Shown here: positions 26,056-33,951 of the stretch, one piece after another | How positions within the stretch are numbered: position 1 is the first letter of the stretch | How the letters are laid out: each line of letters opens with the position of its first letter | Source: Armatimonadota bacterium | Lineage (GTDB): Bacteria; Armatimonadota; Zipacnadia; Zipacnadales; UBA5352 | NCBI GenBank assembly: GCA_034722055.1 | Contig: JAYENL010000113.1 | Location: forward strand, 1-39,061 | Reading direction: 5' to 3' | Length of the DNA: 39,061 bases | Translations under genes and position numbers: made by a program | The notes under the pieces: generated by a model | The model's input: only the letters and a program-made list of their open reading frames with translations | What the model was told of the DNA's origin: nothing | Databases searched by the model: none

Positions 26056-26439
26056 TCATCGCCGCCGCTCGGCCGGGAGTGGGGCGAGCGCGACTGCAGC
26101 CGTGCCTATCAGACGAACATGCGGCGATCGTGCAGGCTTTTCACGCCAGGCCAGGGTGGCCGTCTCTTGGCGGTAGCCCTTTCGGTAAGCACTTCCTCGG
26201 GGAGCGATTGCAGCGATGGAGATCGTCTCTTCGTCGTGATCGACGATGAAGATCACGCGGTAGGTACCTACACGCAGCCGCAACGAGCCCCGAAGTCTGC
26301 CTCTGAGCGGCCTTATATCAAGTTCCGGGGCCGGCCACTCCTGTAGCCTCTCGAATGCCTCCTCGATCCGCATCCGCGTGTTGGCGTCCAGCCGCAGGAG
26401 CTGTTTGCGTGCCCGTGCGGTGAAGCTAATCGAGTACAC
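26056..26439 (-). CDS. Type II TA RelE/ParE-family toxin, copy 1 (C-terminally extended)
   Basis: YSISFTARARKQL..L, IRPLRG, RLRVGTYRVIF, PRGSAYR; overlaps the antitoxin stop. Confidence 0.88.
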   Translation of the reverse strand: MYSISFTARARKQLLRLDANTRMRIEEAFERLQEWPAPELDIRPLRGRLRGSLRLRVGTYRVIFIVDHDEETISIAAIAPRGSAYRKGYRQETATLAWREKPARSPHVRLIGTAAVALAPLPAERRR

Positions 26440-26683
26440 GGTCGCCCAGCTCCCGCGACTCGCGCTTCACCTGTTCCCACGGGATGTCGGCCTTCTCTTC
26501 GCCGCTTAGGACGGCCTCAACGGCCTGGATATCCTCCTCACTCAAGCCCAACACCTCATCCTCCTCATCCTGGTACATGAGGAAGTCGATGAAGTCAATG
26601 AGTTCGAGCTTCCGGAAGTCAGGAAGCTGCTGTGCCCTCTCCCACGCCTTCTCCAGCCGCTTGTCCGCTCCGCTCGTGCCCAT
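26426..26683 (-). CDS. Putative antitoxin, copy 1 (DUF2281-like N-terminus)
   Basis: 85 aa, acidic; QLPDFRKLELIDFIDFL and IPWEQVKRE; RBS AAAGGAGG; directly upstream of and overlapping the relE-like gene. Confidence 0.82.
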   Translation of the reverse strand: MGTSGADKRLEKAWERAQQLPDFRKLELIDFIDFLMYQDEEDEVLGLSEEDIQAVEAVLSGEEKADIPWEQVKRESRELGDRVLD

Positions 26684-26707
26684 GTTTGGGGTCCTCCTTT
26701 CACTGCT

Positions 26708-26736
26708 ATGATACCCGCCCCGCAACCTGGTGTCCA
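26708..26736 (-). promoter_or_regulatory. Putative promoter of TA module 1
   Basis: Minus strand TGGACA-N17-TATCAT; same architecture as the module 2 promoter. Confidence 0.65.
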
Positions 26737-26737
26737 C

Positions 26738-26827
26738 TCACTCCCGCGCCGGCACCAGGCTGATGTAGTCCAGCGCCAGCCCCTCGGCGAGCTTGGTCAT
26801 CCGGACGGCGCGGGCGGCGGGCAGCTA
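26738..26827 (-). pseudogene. Orphan 3'-end remnant homologous to the tail of the giant secreted protein gene
   Basis: Encodes ...RMTKLAEGLALDYISLVPARE* versus RMTNLGEGLALDYISLVPVR* at the end of 27389-32221; 26749-26779 is identical (31 nt) to 27397-27427. Confidence 0.88.
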
Positions 26828-26835
26828 TGGATCGG

Positions 26836-27102
26836 TCATCGGTAGACGCTGCCGCGGTGACCGACTTCACGCACTGATATGATGCGGCGGGAATGATCGA
26901 TGGCGAAGATCACCCGATAGCGCCCGACGCGCAACCGGTACATGCCCTCAAGCTGGCCTCTCAGAGGCCTGACATCAAGTTCCTCCGCAGGCCATTCCGA
27001 GAGGAGCCTGATTCTGTCAAGGAGTCGGCGGCGGATCTGAAGCTCAAGGCGGAGCAACTGCCTCTCTGCTCGAGACGTGAACTCAATCGAGTACGTTTTC
27101 AC
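26836..27102 (-). CDS. Type II TA RelE/ParE-family toxin, copy 2
   Basis: GTG start after GGAGG; TYSIEFTSRAERQL..L, VRPLRG, YRLRVGRYRVIF, VGHRGSVYR. Confidence 0.92.
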   Translation of the reverse strand: MKTYSIEFTSRAERQLLRLELQIRRRLLDRIRLLSEWPAEELDVRPLRGQLEGMYRLRVGRYRVIFAIDHSRRIISVREVGHRGSVYR

Positions 27103-27340
27103 CGAGCTCCTCCGACTTTCGCTCCACCTCTTCCAGAGGGACGCCGGGTTCCCCCTCACCAGCGAAGAAGGCCCTCAGGGCTTCGAGCTGTTCCTCGTCG
27201 GGCTCCCAGACGTCGTCCTCTGCAGCTCTGTCAGTAAGAAACTCGATGAAGTCGATGAGCTCGTACTTCCGGAACTCCGGAAGCTGTCGGGCCATCTCCC
27301 AGGCCTTTTCCAGATGCTTGTCCGCGGCGCTGGTAGTCAT
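27083..27340 (-). CDS. Putative antitoxin, copy 2 (DUF2281-like N-terminus)
   Basis: 85 aa acidic paralogue of 26426-26683; RBS AAAGGAGG; overlaps the toxin start. Confidence 0.82.
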   Translation of the reverse strand: MTTSAADKHLEKAWEMARQLPEFRKYELIDFIEFLTDRAAEDDVWEPDEEQLEALRAFFAGEGEPGVPLEEVERKSEELGENVLD

Positions 27341-27362
27341 CTGCGATCCTCCTTTCGCTCTC

Positions 27363-27391
27363 ATGATAGCCCTCTCGCGAGGCGCTGTCTA
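27363..27391 (-). promoter_or_regulatory. Putative promoter of TA module 2; -35 includes the TAG stop of the upstream gene
   Basis: Minus strand TAGACA(27391-27386)-N17-TATCAT(27368-27363). Confidence 0.65.
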
Positions 27392-30300
27392 CCTCACCGG
27401 CACCAGGCTGATGTAGTCCAGCGCCAGGCCCTCACCGAGGTTCGTCATGCGCAGCGAATGCAGGCCGGCGATGAGGTGCACCGGCGGATCGAGGCGCTTC
27501 GTCTCCCAGTTATCCTCGGTCGTGGAGTAGCCGCCGGTGCGGGCGAAGCGCAGGTCGTCGTAGCCCTCGGCCGGGCTTTGGCCGTCGATCACGAGGCTGC
27601 GGACGGCCTCCTCGCAGTCGGTGGCGTAGCGGGCCCAGATGAAGTAGTCGCCCTCCTCGGGCACCTCGAACTGCCACTGCAGCCAGTGCCCCTCGTCGGC
27701 ATGCCACTGCGTGATGATCTGGCCGACGCTCGCCACGCGCTCGGTCACCAGCACCTCGCCCCCGCCCTGGCCGGTGAAGTCCTCGGCCTGGATGGTAATG
27801 GCGCCCTGCGCATCGGCCAGTGCGGGGTGGGGCAGGCGCACCTGTGTGACATCCTCGCCGGTATTGCCCTGGGCGTCCTCGACGATGGCGCGGATTTCCA
27901 TCCTCTGGATGCCGGCAGGGGGCTCGAACTCGATCCGCTCGCCCTGCATCTCGCGGCCGTCGGGCAGGATCCATCGCACGCCGGCCACGTCGCCATCGTA
28001 GTCCTCGGTGGTCGCGGAGAGGCGGACCACGCGGCCCTCTCCCGGCGCCAGTGTCGTCCCGCCCTCGATCCGCACCGTGGGCGCGGAGGCGTTGAACCAC
28101 CGGCCGCGATACGCCGAGGCCCAGGGGGCCCAGCCATCGCCGGAGAGCCGGACGCGGCCCGGCCCCGACAGCTCCAGCTCATAGAGGCCGCCCTCTGCAG
28201 CCTGGGCGGAGGCCATGGCCTGGGCGTCGGGCGCGATCACCTGACCCGACGGTGCAACCAGCCGGCTCTCGACCCTCCCCTGGACGGCTTCGAGTGCGAT
28301 GGAGCGCCCCTCGGCGTTGGCCGACGGCCGCAGGTAGAGCCGGCAGCCATCAGCGGGCACGTCCACCTCCAGGCCACCGTCCAGCGACGCCACCATGCGG
28401 TTGAGCGAGCAGGTGACCTGCCAGGGGCCGGTGCCGTCCTCGAGGTGCAGCGCGTAGAGGCCCTCCTGCGGGCTCTCGACGATGATGCGCCCGTCGTCGG
28501 ACGGATGGTGGGGCCCGCCGTCCGGTCCAGTCAGGGAGGCGGCAGCGGCCGGGGCCGGCGCGCCCTCGCGGTCGAAGACCCGGAGCTGGAAGGCCTCCGG
28601 GCCCTCGTTGCGGAGCATGATCGTGGCGCCGCGCTCGCCGCCGAAGCCGGGCTCCTGCAGGCGGTGCAGCCGGTCCAGCGCGTAGACGATGTACGGGGTC
28701 CATCGGACGTGCGAGATGCTGCTCAGCACGTCGAGGTTCAGGTTCATGGAGCGAACCGCGACGTCGGCGAAGAGCGGGTCGCCCGACAGCCCCCAGGCGA
28801 AGAGCATCAGGCCGCCGAGCGTGTCGGACCGCGAGGCTGTGAGGCTGCTCTCGGGGCAAGAGGTGTAGCGGAACATCTCCACGTCATCCTCCCACATCTC
28901 GTCGATGACGTAGCGCGCGGCGTCCGGCACGGCCTCCTCCACGCGCGGATCGGCGGTCTCCTTGTAGTACTCGCGGAGGCCGACGCCCAGGATCCCCTGC
29001 ATGAAGCTGCAGGCGCCCCGGCAGCGCGGCCAGCAGTGGCAGTGGCCGGGCACGAGCTGCCTGGCCCAGCCGCTGCCTGGGGTGCGCCGCTCCATGATGC
29101 GATCGACGATGATCCTGGCGGCGTTGAGGTAGAAGGGGTCGCCGGTGGTGCGGTAGGTGGCGATGGTGAGGATCAGATGCCAGCCCGGGACGCGGCCGTT
29201 GGTGAAGTCGTAGTTGTTGATGTAGGCCCCGCCGTAGTGGTCGGAGATCATGCGCACGGCCTCGATGGCTGTGGGGTCGCCGGTCAGCAGGTAGTACTCG
29301 CATGTGCCCTCCGTCCAGGTGTGCGTGGGGGTCTGGCCGGCCCGCGGGCTCCCGTACTCGCCCTGGTACCGCTCGTCGATGTAGGAGCCGGTGTGGCCGA
29401 CGGAGTGCGTCCAGGAGGCGCCGGTGTAGCCCTCGGTATCGTGCCAGTGGCACAGGTCCACGTCGATGTCGTGGCGGGCCATGTCGCGCATCCGCTGGTG
29501 CCAGTCGAAGTGCCCGCTGCGCATGAAGAGCTGTGCGGCCGAGTGGTGGTGGTCATACTCCCCGTTGGCCCAGTTGGCGCCGCGCTCTCCCCACATGTCC
29601 CCGAAGTTGAGCATCCCGTACTCGCGCACGGACTGGATGTGGCTCACGTAGCGCTCGTAGACGCGATCGCAGACGTCGTCGTACCGTGGCGTGCGACCGG
29701 CCGTCTCGGGGACGAACTCGCCGAAGACCCCGCTGTCGGCGTACCATCGCGGCCTCGCCGCCACTACCGGCGGCTCGCCCGCCAGGGCCCCGAGTGTGTC
29801 GCCGTCCGTTGGGCCCAGGTCCAGCCACAGGTCATGGACCTTCGTGACGCCCTGGCGGACCTTGTAGACGCCGTTCTGGAGGTAGTAGTAGAGCTTGTAG
29901 AGTTCCAGCTCCGAGCAGTCGTCGTATTCGCCCTCTGCGAAGTCCGGGCAGATGTCCACGAAGAGCGCGCTGTTGCTGACGCCGATGCCCTTCGGGTAGA
30001 GCTGCCAGAAGTCAGCGCAGGCCAGCGTCACGTCGCCGGCCGATACCCAGCCGGGCGCCCGCCGGCCCTCGGCGGCTCCCGTGTAGCTGTCATCGCGAAG
30101 CTGGACAAGGCCGGTCTCACCCGTCAGCGTCGTGGGGACCGGCTCATCGGCGCCGATCAGCACTTCCGCGTCCTCGGTCGCCAACGGCAGCTCGAAGCGG
30201 ATGGCCTGGAACTGGCGGAACTCCGGCCCCGACATGTCGTTGCCCCACCGGTAGGTGACTCTCACCGCCGGGTAGCGCCCGAAGAACGTGAGGCGAATCT

Positions 30301-32221
30301 GGTAGTCGAAGAACTCGCCGGCGTCACCGGTGTGATGCCCGTCGATGCGAACCACCGTCCGCAGCGGCCCAGCCTCCTCGATGGTTACCTCCTCAGGCGG
30401 GCCGAGCGTGTCGTAGACATTGCCCTGCTCGTCCACGATGGTGATGCGCGTCGGGCGGCCGGGGTCGGTGATCGGCTCACCGCCGCGGCTCAGCGCCGTG
30501 AAGAGGCCGCTGTCCCGGAGGTCGAACTCCGCACTCAGGCCCGCCGCGCTCACGGTCAGCGCCTCGCCCTGCCGCGTGACCGTCACCGGGTCAACGACCT
30601 CCGCGCGGGTCACGCCGCGACCGTACTCGAGGGTGAGCCGAGCGCCGTCGCGGGTCGCCGCCGGCAGGGCGGTGTCGAGCAGGACCACCCGGATGGAGCC
30701 ATCGCGCCAGCGGGACAGCGGCCGCGCCTGCAGGGGCAGCTCGGCGCCGTCGGCGTCGAGCAGGCGGAGGTCATCCACGCTGCCCAGGACACCCTCCGGG
30801 AAGGGGATGCCCGAGGTGAGCGGATAGCCGGCCGGGAGCTCTCGCCCATCATTGAGCAGCGTCAGCGCGACGCTCTCGCGAGCCACAGCGCTCTGCGCGA
30901 CCTGGGGCTCGCCGGCGACGAACTGGACAGCGTGCTGGCCCGCCTCGGCCGCGTTCACCGTCAGCTCGTACTCGCGCCCGGCCTCCAGCTCCGGCAGGTA
31001 GACGCGATGGTTCTGCAGGGGCTCCTCCTCGGCGATCTCCTGCTCGCCGAGGCGGAGCGTGCAGGCCACGGGCCAGGTCGTAATCCAGGTCGCGCGCATG
31101 CACTCGCGATCCCAGTCCCAGGTGACCTCCAGATTGGCCAGCTCCCGTGGCGGGGTCAGCTTCTGCGGGCGCTCCGCGAGCAGCACGATGTCCTCGACGA
31201 TCGCCGGGCCGTCGCCGGCGGAGCGGAGCGCTATCGCCTCCCCGCCGTTGAAGGGGAGCGGCTGGGGCGTGAAGAACAGCCGCTGGCGCCTGTTGTCGGC
31301 CTCGGCGATGAAGGTGCCCACGACCTCCTCGCCGACGGACATCTCGTAGACCTCGCGACCGGGGCTGTCGTAGACCACGGCGCCGAGGTGGTAGCGGCCC
31401 GCCGTCGGCGCGGTGGTGGTGAGGGTCCCCTGGGCCCCGGTGCGGCGCATGGCCGGCCAGCGGTACTCGGAGTGGTAGTACTCGTATCCGTCGCCCTCGC
31501 AGTCGCGGAAAGCGTTGATGATGGCGTTGCGCTCGTCGGCGTGGATGTCCCACAGCAGCGCCATGTCCTGCGTGACCTCGAAGCCCTCGCCCGTCTCCAG
31601 GTCGGCCAACGTCTTCACCCTCTCACGGTCGGAATCGCCGGGGCCGATGACCTCATGCCAGCCGGTGGAGTCCCGGCTCTCGTGTGGCTGGGCCTGCTCG
31701 GAGAGCACGGACATGCGGAAGACCGAGCGGCCCTCCTGCTGATTCAGCGCAAGGTCGGCGCAGATGTAGAGGACTCCGTCCTCCAGGGCCACGCGCGGGG
31801 GCGGGAACTGCTCGCGGCCGTTGGGAACGTAGAGCATCTGTGTCGGCCTGCCGGTGTGATGGCCGTAGGTGGTCTCACAGCCCATGCCCGGCCGGCCCGT
31901 CTCAGGATTGTTGTCGGCGTCCACGTACAGAATGAGGGTGGTGTTGTCGAAGGTGTAAGGCTGCGCGAACTCGATGGCCCACAGCCAGCGAGCGCGAGCC
32001 ACGTTGCCGAAGCGCACGCGGGTGACATCGAAGTGCGCAGGCCGCTGCGCGGTGGGCTCGTAGGTATCGTCCTCGAGCACCACCTCCAGCGTCTCGGCGA
32101 ACTGCGGGTCGGTCAGAAGCTGCTCCTCCAGGCTGTCGGACAGCCCGTCTCCGTCGGTGTCCTGCGCCGCAGCAGGGACGACCGCCAGCAGCGCCACGAG
32201 GACCGCGATGATCGCTCTCAT
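27389..32221 (-). CDS. Giant secreted multidomain glycan-active protein (PcRGLX/PL26/YetA-like core, C-terminal PKD-like and CBM6/35-like modules)
   Basis: Signal MRAIIAVLVALLAVVPAAA-Q; DTDGDGLSD Ca-binding motif; PLTSGIPFPEG...LPLQARPLSRWRDGSIRVVLLD; EEAGPLRTVV; YGMLNFGD...WANGEYD; toroid-like YYLLTGDP/YRTTGDPFYL; C-terminal IQAEDF...W....GHWLQW...YFIWARYA...LDYISL. Alternative GTG start at 32233. Confidence 0.75.
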   Translation of the reverse strand: MRAIIAVLVALLAVVPAAAQDTDGDGLSDSLEEQLLTDPQFAETLEVVLEDDTYEPTAQRPAHFDVTRVRFGNVARARWLWAIEFAQPYTFDNTTLILYVDADNNPETGRPGMGCETTYGHHTGRPTQMLYVPNGREQFPPPRVALEDGVLYICADLALNQQEGRSVFRMSVLSEQAQPHESRDSTGWHEVIGPGDSDRERVKTLADLETGEGFEVTQDMALLWDIHADERNAIINAFRDCEGDGYEYYHSEYRWPAMRRTGAQGTLTTTAPTAGRYHLGAVVYDSPGREVYEMSVGEEVVGTFIAEADNRRQRLFFTPQPLPFNGGEAIALRSAGDGPAIVEDIVLLAERPQKLTPPRELANLEVTWDWDRECMRATWITTWPVACTLRLGEQEIAEEEPLQNHRVYLPELEAGREYELTVNAAEAGQHAVQFVAGEPQVAQSAVARESVALTLLNDGRELPAGYPLTSGIPFPEGVLGSVDDLRLLDADGAELPLQARPLSRWRDGSIRVVLLDTALPAATRDGARLTLEYGRGVTRAEVVDPVTVTRQGEALTVSAAGLSAEFDLRDSGLFTALSRGGEPITDPGRPTRITIVDEQGNVYDTLGPPEEVTIEEAGPLRTVVRIDGHHTGDAGEFFDYQIRLTFFGRYPAVRVTYRWGNDMSGPEFRQFQAIRFELPLATEDAEVLIGADEPVPTTLTGETGLVQLRDDSYTGAAEGRRAPGWVSAGDVTLACADFWQLYPKGIGVSNSALFVDICPDFAEGEYDDCSELELYKLYYYLQNGVYKVRQGVTKVHDLWLDLGPTDGDTLGALAGEPPVVAARPRWYADSGVFGEFVPETAGRTPRYDDVCDRVYERYVSHIQSVREYGMLNFGDMWGERGANWANGEYDHHHSAAQLFMRSGHFDWHQRMRDMARHDIDVDLCHWHDTEGYTGASWTHSVGHTGSYIDERYQGEYGSPRAGQTPTHTWTEGTCEYYLLTGDPTAIEAVRMISDHYGGAYINNYDFTNGRVPGWHLILTIATYRTTGDPFYLNAARIIVDRIMERRTPGSGWARQLVPGHCHCWPRCRGACSFMQGILGVGLREYYKETADPRVEEAVPDAARYVIDEMWEDDVEMFRYTSCPESSLTASRSDTLGGLMLFAWGLSGDPLFADVAVRSMNLNLDVLSSISHVRWTPYIVYALDRLHRLQEPGFGGERGATIMLRNEGPEAFQLRVFDREGAPAPAAAASLTGPDGGPHHPSDDGRIIVESPQEGLYALHLEDGTGPWQVTCSLNRMVASLDGGLEVDVPADGCRLYLRPSANAEGRSIALEAVQGRVESRLVAPSGQVIAPDAQAMASAQAAEGGLYELELSGPGRVRLSGDGWAPWASAYRGRWFNASAPTVRIEGGTTLAPGEGRVVRLSATTEDYDGDVAGVRWILPDGREMQGERIEFEPPAGIQRMEIRAIVEDAQGNTGEDVTQVRLPHPALADAQGAITIQAEDFTGQGGGEVLVTERVASVGQIITQWHADEGHWLQWQFEVPEEGDYFIWARYATDCEEAVRSLVIDGQSPAEGYDDLRFARTGGYSTTEDNWETKRLDPPVHLIAGLHSLRMTNLGEGLALDYISLVPVR

Positions 32222-32400
32222 TGTGACCCTCACATGTCAGGGATGATCTGGAGCATGAGGCAGTTCGCGGCGAAGGGCGGGGCACCTGCCGGAACGCGCA
32301 CGGCCCGTGCTCGGGAAGGGGAGCCCGGGGCCGGACGACGACAGGGCGCCAAGCACCCAGAGGAGGCAGCCCCACGCGGTCCATGGAGCGGCGACAACGG

Positions 32401-32432
32401 CAACGACGGCGGGCTGGGCAGCCCGCCGCTCC
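32401..32432 (-). repeat. Single REP-like hairpin unit
   Basis: Minus strand GGAG-CGGCGGGCT-GCCC-AGCCCGCCG-TCGTTG; preceded by ATGCCGTA as in the 13460 copy. Confidence 0.7.
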
Positions 32433-32507
32433 CTACGGCATGACGGCAACGACATACGACGATGAGCGGCGCGGCGCAGGTCCGCGTGCTACAGCGACTG
32501 CGGATGG

Positions 32508-33935
32508 TCAGGGGTGCAGGCGCATGGCCTCCTCGTAGAGGCTCACGTAGCGGCGGGCGGACTCCGACCACGAGAAGCGCTGCTTCATGCAGGTCCGAAC
32601 GAGGGCCGCCCACTGCTCCCGAGCACGCCAGGCCCGCACGGCGCGGTCCAGCGCCGCCATCATCTCCTCGATCTCCAGACAGTGAAAGACGAAGCCGCTC
32701 TGCCGGGGGCCTCTCTCGGTGACGGTGTCGGCCAGCCCGCCGGTGGAGTGCACCACCGGGACGGTCCCGTAGGCCATGGCCATCATCTGGCCGAGGCCGC
32801 ACGGCTCGTAGCGGGAGGGCATCACGAACATGTCGGCGCCTGCGTAGATCTGACGCGCCAGATCCTCATTGTAGGTGATGCAGGCGGCGATGGACTCCGG
32901 GTGGGCCTTCGCCAGCCGCCGGAACCGCTCCTCGAGTGCGGGCTCGCCGGTGCCCAGGAGGACGAACTGGATGGGCAGGCCGATGGCGTGGGGGAGGACG
33001 TCGGCCAGCATGTCCAGGCCCTTCTGATCGGCCAGGCGGCTGACGGCGCTGACCAGCGGGGCGTCGTCATCCACCGGCAGGCCCACCAGCTTCTGCACCG
33101 CCGCCTTGCACCTGACCTTGCCGGAGAGGTCGCCGGCGGAGTAGGTGGCCGGAAGGGCCTGGTCGGTGGACGGATTCCAGTAATCGTAGTCGATGCCGTT
33201 GAGCACTCCGTGGAGGCGGTCGGAGCGCCTCCTGAGCACCTGGTCGAGCCTCTCGCCGAAGGCCGTCGTCTGGATCTCCTCGGCATATCGCTCGCTCACG
33301 GTGTTGATGACTGTGGCGGTCTTGAGCGCCGCGGCCAGGTAATTGATCTCGCCGCGGTACTGCAGCAGCCGCATGGCGCGTGAGGCCGGATCGACGTCGA
33401 TGGCGGGGGCCACAGCCAGGGGGAAGCGGCCCTGGTAGCCGAGGTTGTGGATGGTGAAGAGCGTTGGCGAGCCGAGTGGGTTGAGCTCCTGGAATGCCGG
33501 AATCAGACCCGTCGGCCAGTCATTGGCGTGGATGACGTCGGCGCGGAAGCCGATGGCCCTGTTCAGCGCCAGGGCGGCGCGGGCGAAGAAGGCGTACCGC
33601 TGCGGGGAGTCCGGGTAGTCGGTGCCACCGGGTCCGTAGACGTCCGGGCGATCGAAGAAGGGATCGTACTTGATGAGGTAGACAGGCACCTCCGAGCCCG
33701 GCAGGCGGGTCTGTAGAATCTGGCAGACATGGGCCTGGCCGGGGCTCTGCACGCTGAGGCTTGGCAGCGCCACGGCGCACTGCTCGTCAGCGGGGCAGGA
33801 GCGGTGCTGGGGCATGACCACCCGGATGTCGGGCCCGTGCGCGGCGATAGCGGGCGGGAGGCTGCCGGCCACGTCGGCCAGGCCGCCAACCTTGGCGAAC
33901 GGCGCGACCTCATTGGAGACGAACAGGACCCTCAT
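32508..33935 (-). CDS. glgA: Glycogen synthase
   Basis: EVAPFAKVGGLADV, IHANDW, TIHNLGYQG, VLNGIDY, SRLADQKG, MPSRYEPCGLGQM, TGGLADTV. Confidence 0.96.
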   Translation of the reverse strand: MRVLFVSNEVAPFAKVGGLADVAGSLPPAIAAHGPDIRVVMPQHRSCPADEQCAVALPSLSVQSPGQAHVCQILQTRLPGSEVPVYLIKYDPFFDRPDVYGPGGTDYPDSPQRYAFFARAALALNRAIGFRADVIHANDWPTGLIPAFQELNPLGSPTLFTIHNLGYQGRFPLAVAPAIDVDPASRAMRLLQYRGEINYLAAALKTATVINTVSERYAEEIQTTAFGERLDQVLRRRSDRLHGVLNGIDYDYWNPSTDQALPATYSAGDLSGKVRCKAAVQKLVGLPVDDDAPLVSAVSRLADQKGLDMLADVLPHAIGLPIQFVLLGTGEPALEERFRRLAKAHPESIAACITYNEDLARQIYAGADMFVMPSRYEPCGLGQMMAMAYGTVPVVHSTGGLADTVTERGPRQSGFVFHCLEIEEMMAALDRAVRAWRAREQWAALVRTCMKQRFSWSESARRYVSLYEEAMRLHP

Positions 33936-33951
33936 GGCTGCCTATTCCCCG

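Noticed and set aside
26749..27427. 31-nt direct repeat as attL/attR of an integrated element
   Set aside because: No integrase or transposase in the window; homology extends beyond the repeat through promoter, antitoxin and toxin, so it is a repeated unit, not a clean att duplication. Action in trans cannot be excluded.
27077..32443. 1788-aa plus-strand ORF (likewise 854-3580 minus, 21410-23116 minus, 33814-35142 plus, 35742-37157 plus)
   Set aside because: Antisense shadows of genuine genes caused by high-GC codon bias; no recognisable motifs, while the opposite strand has signal peptides, RBSs and family motifs.
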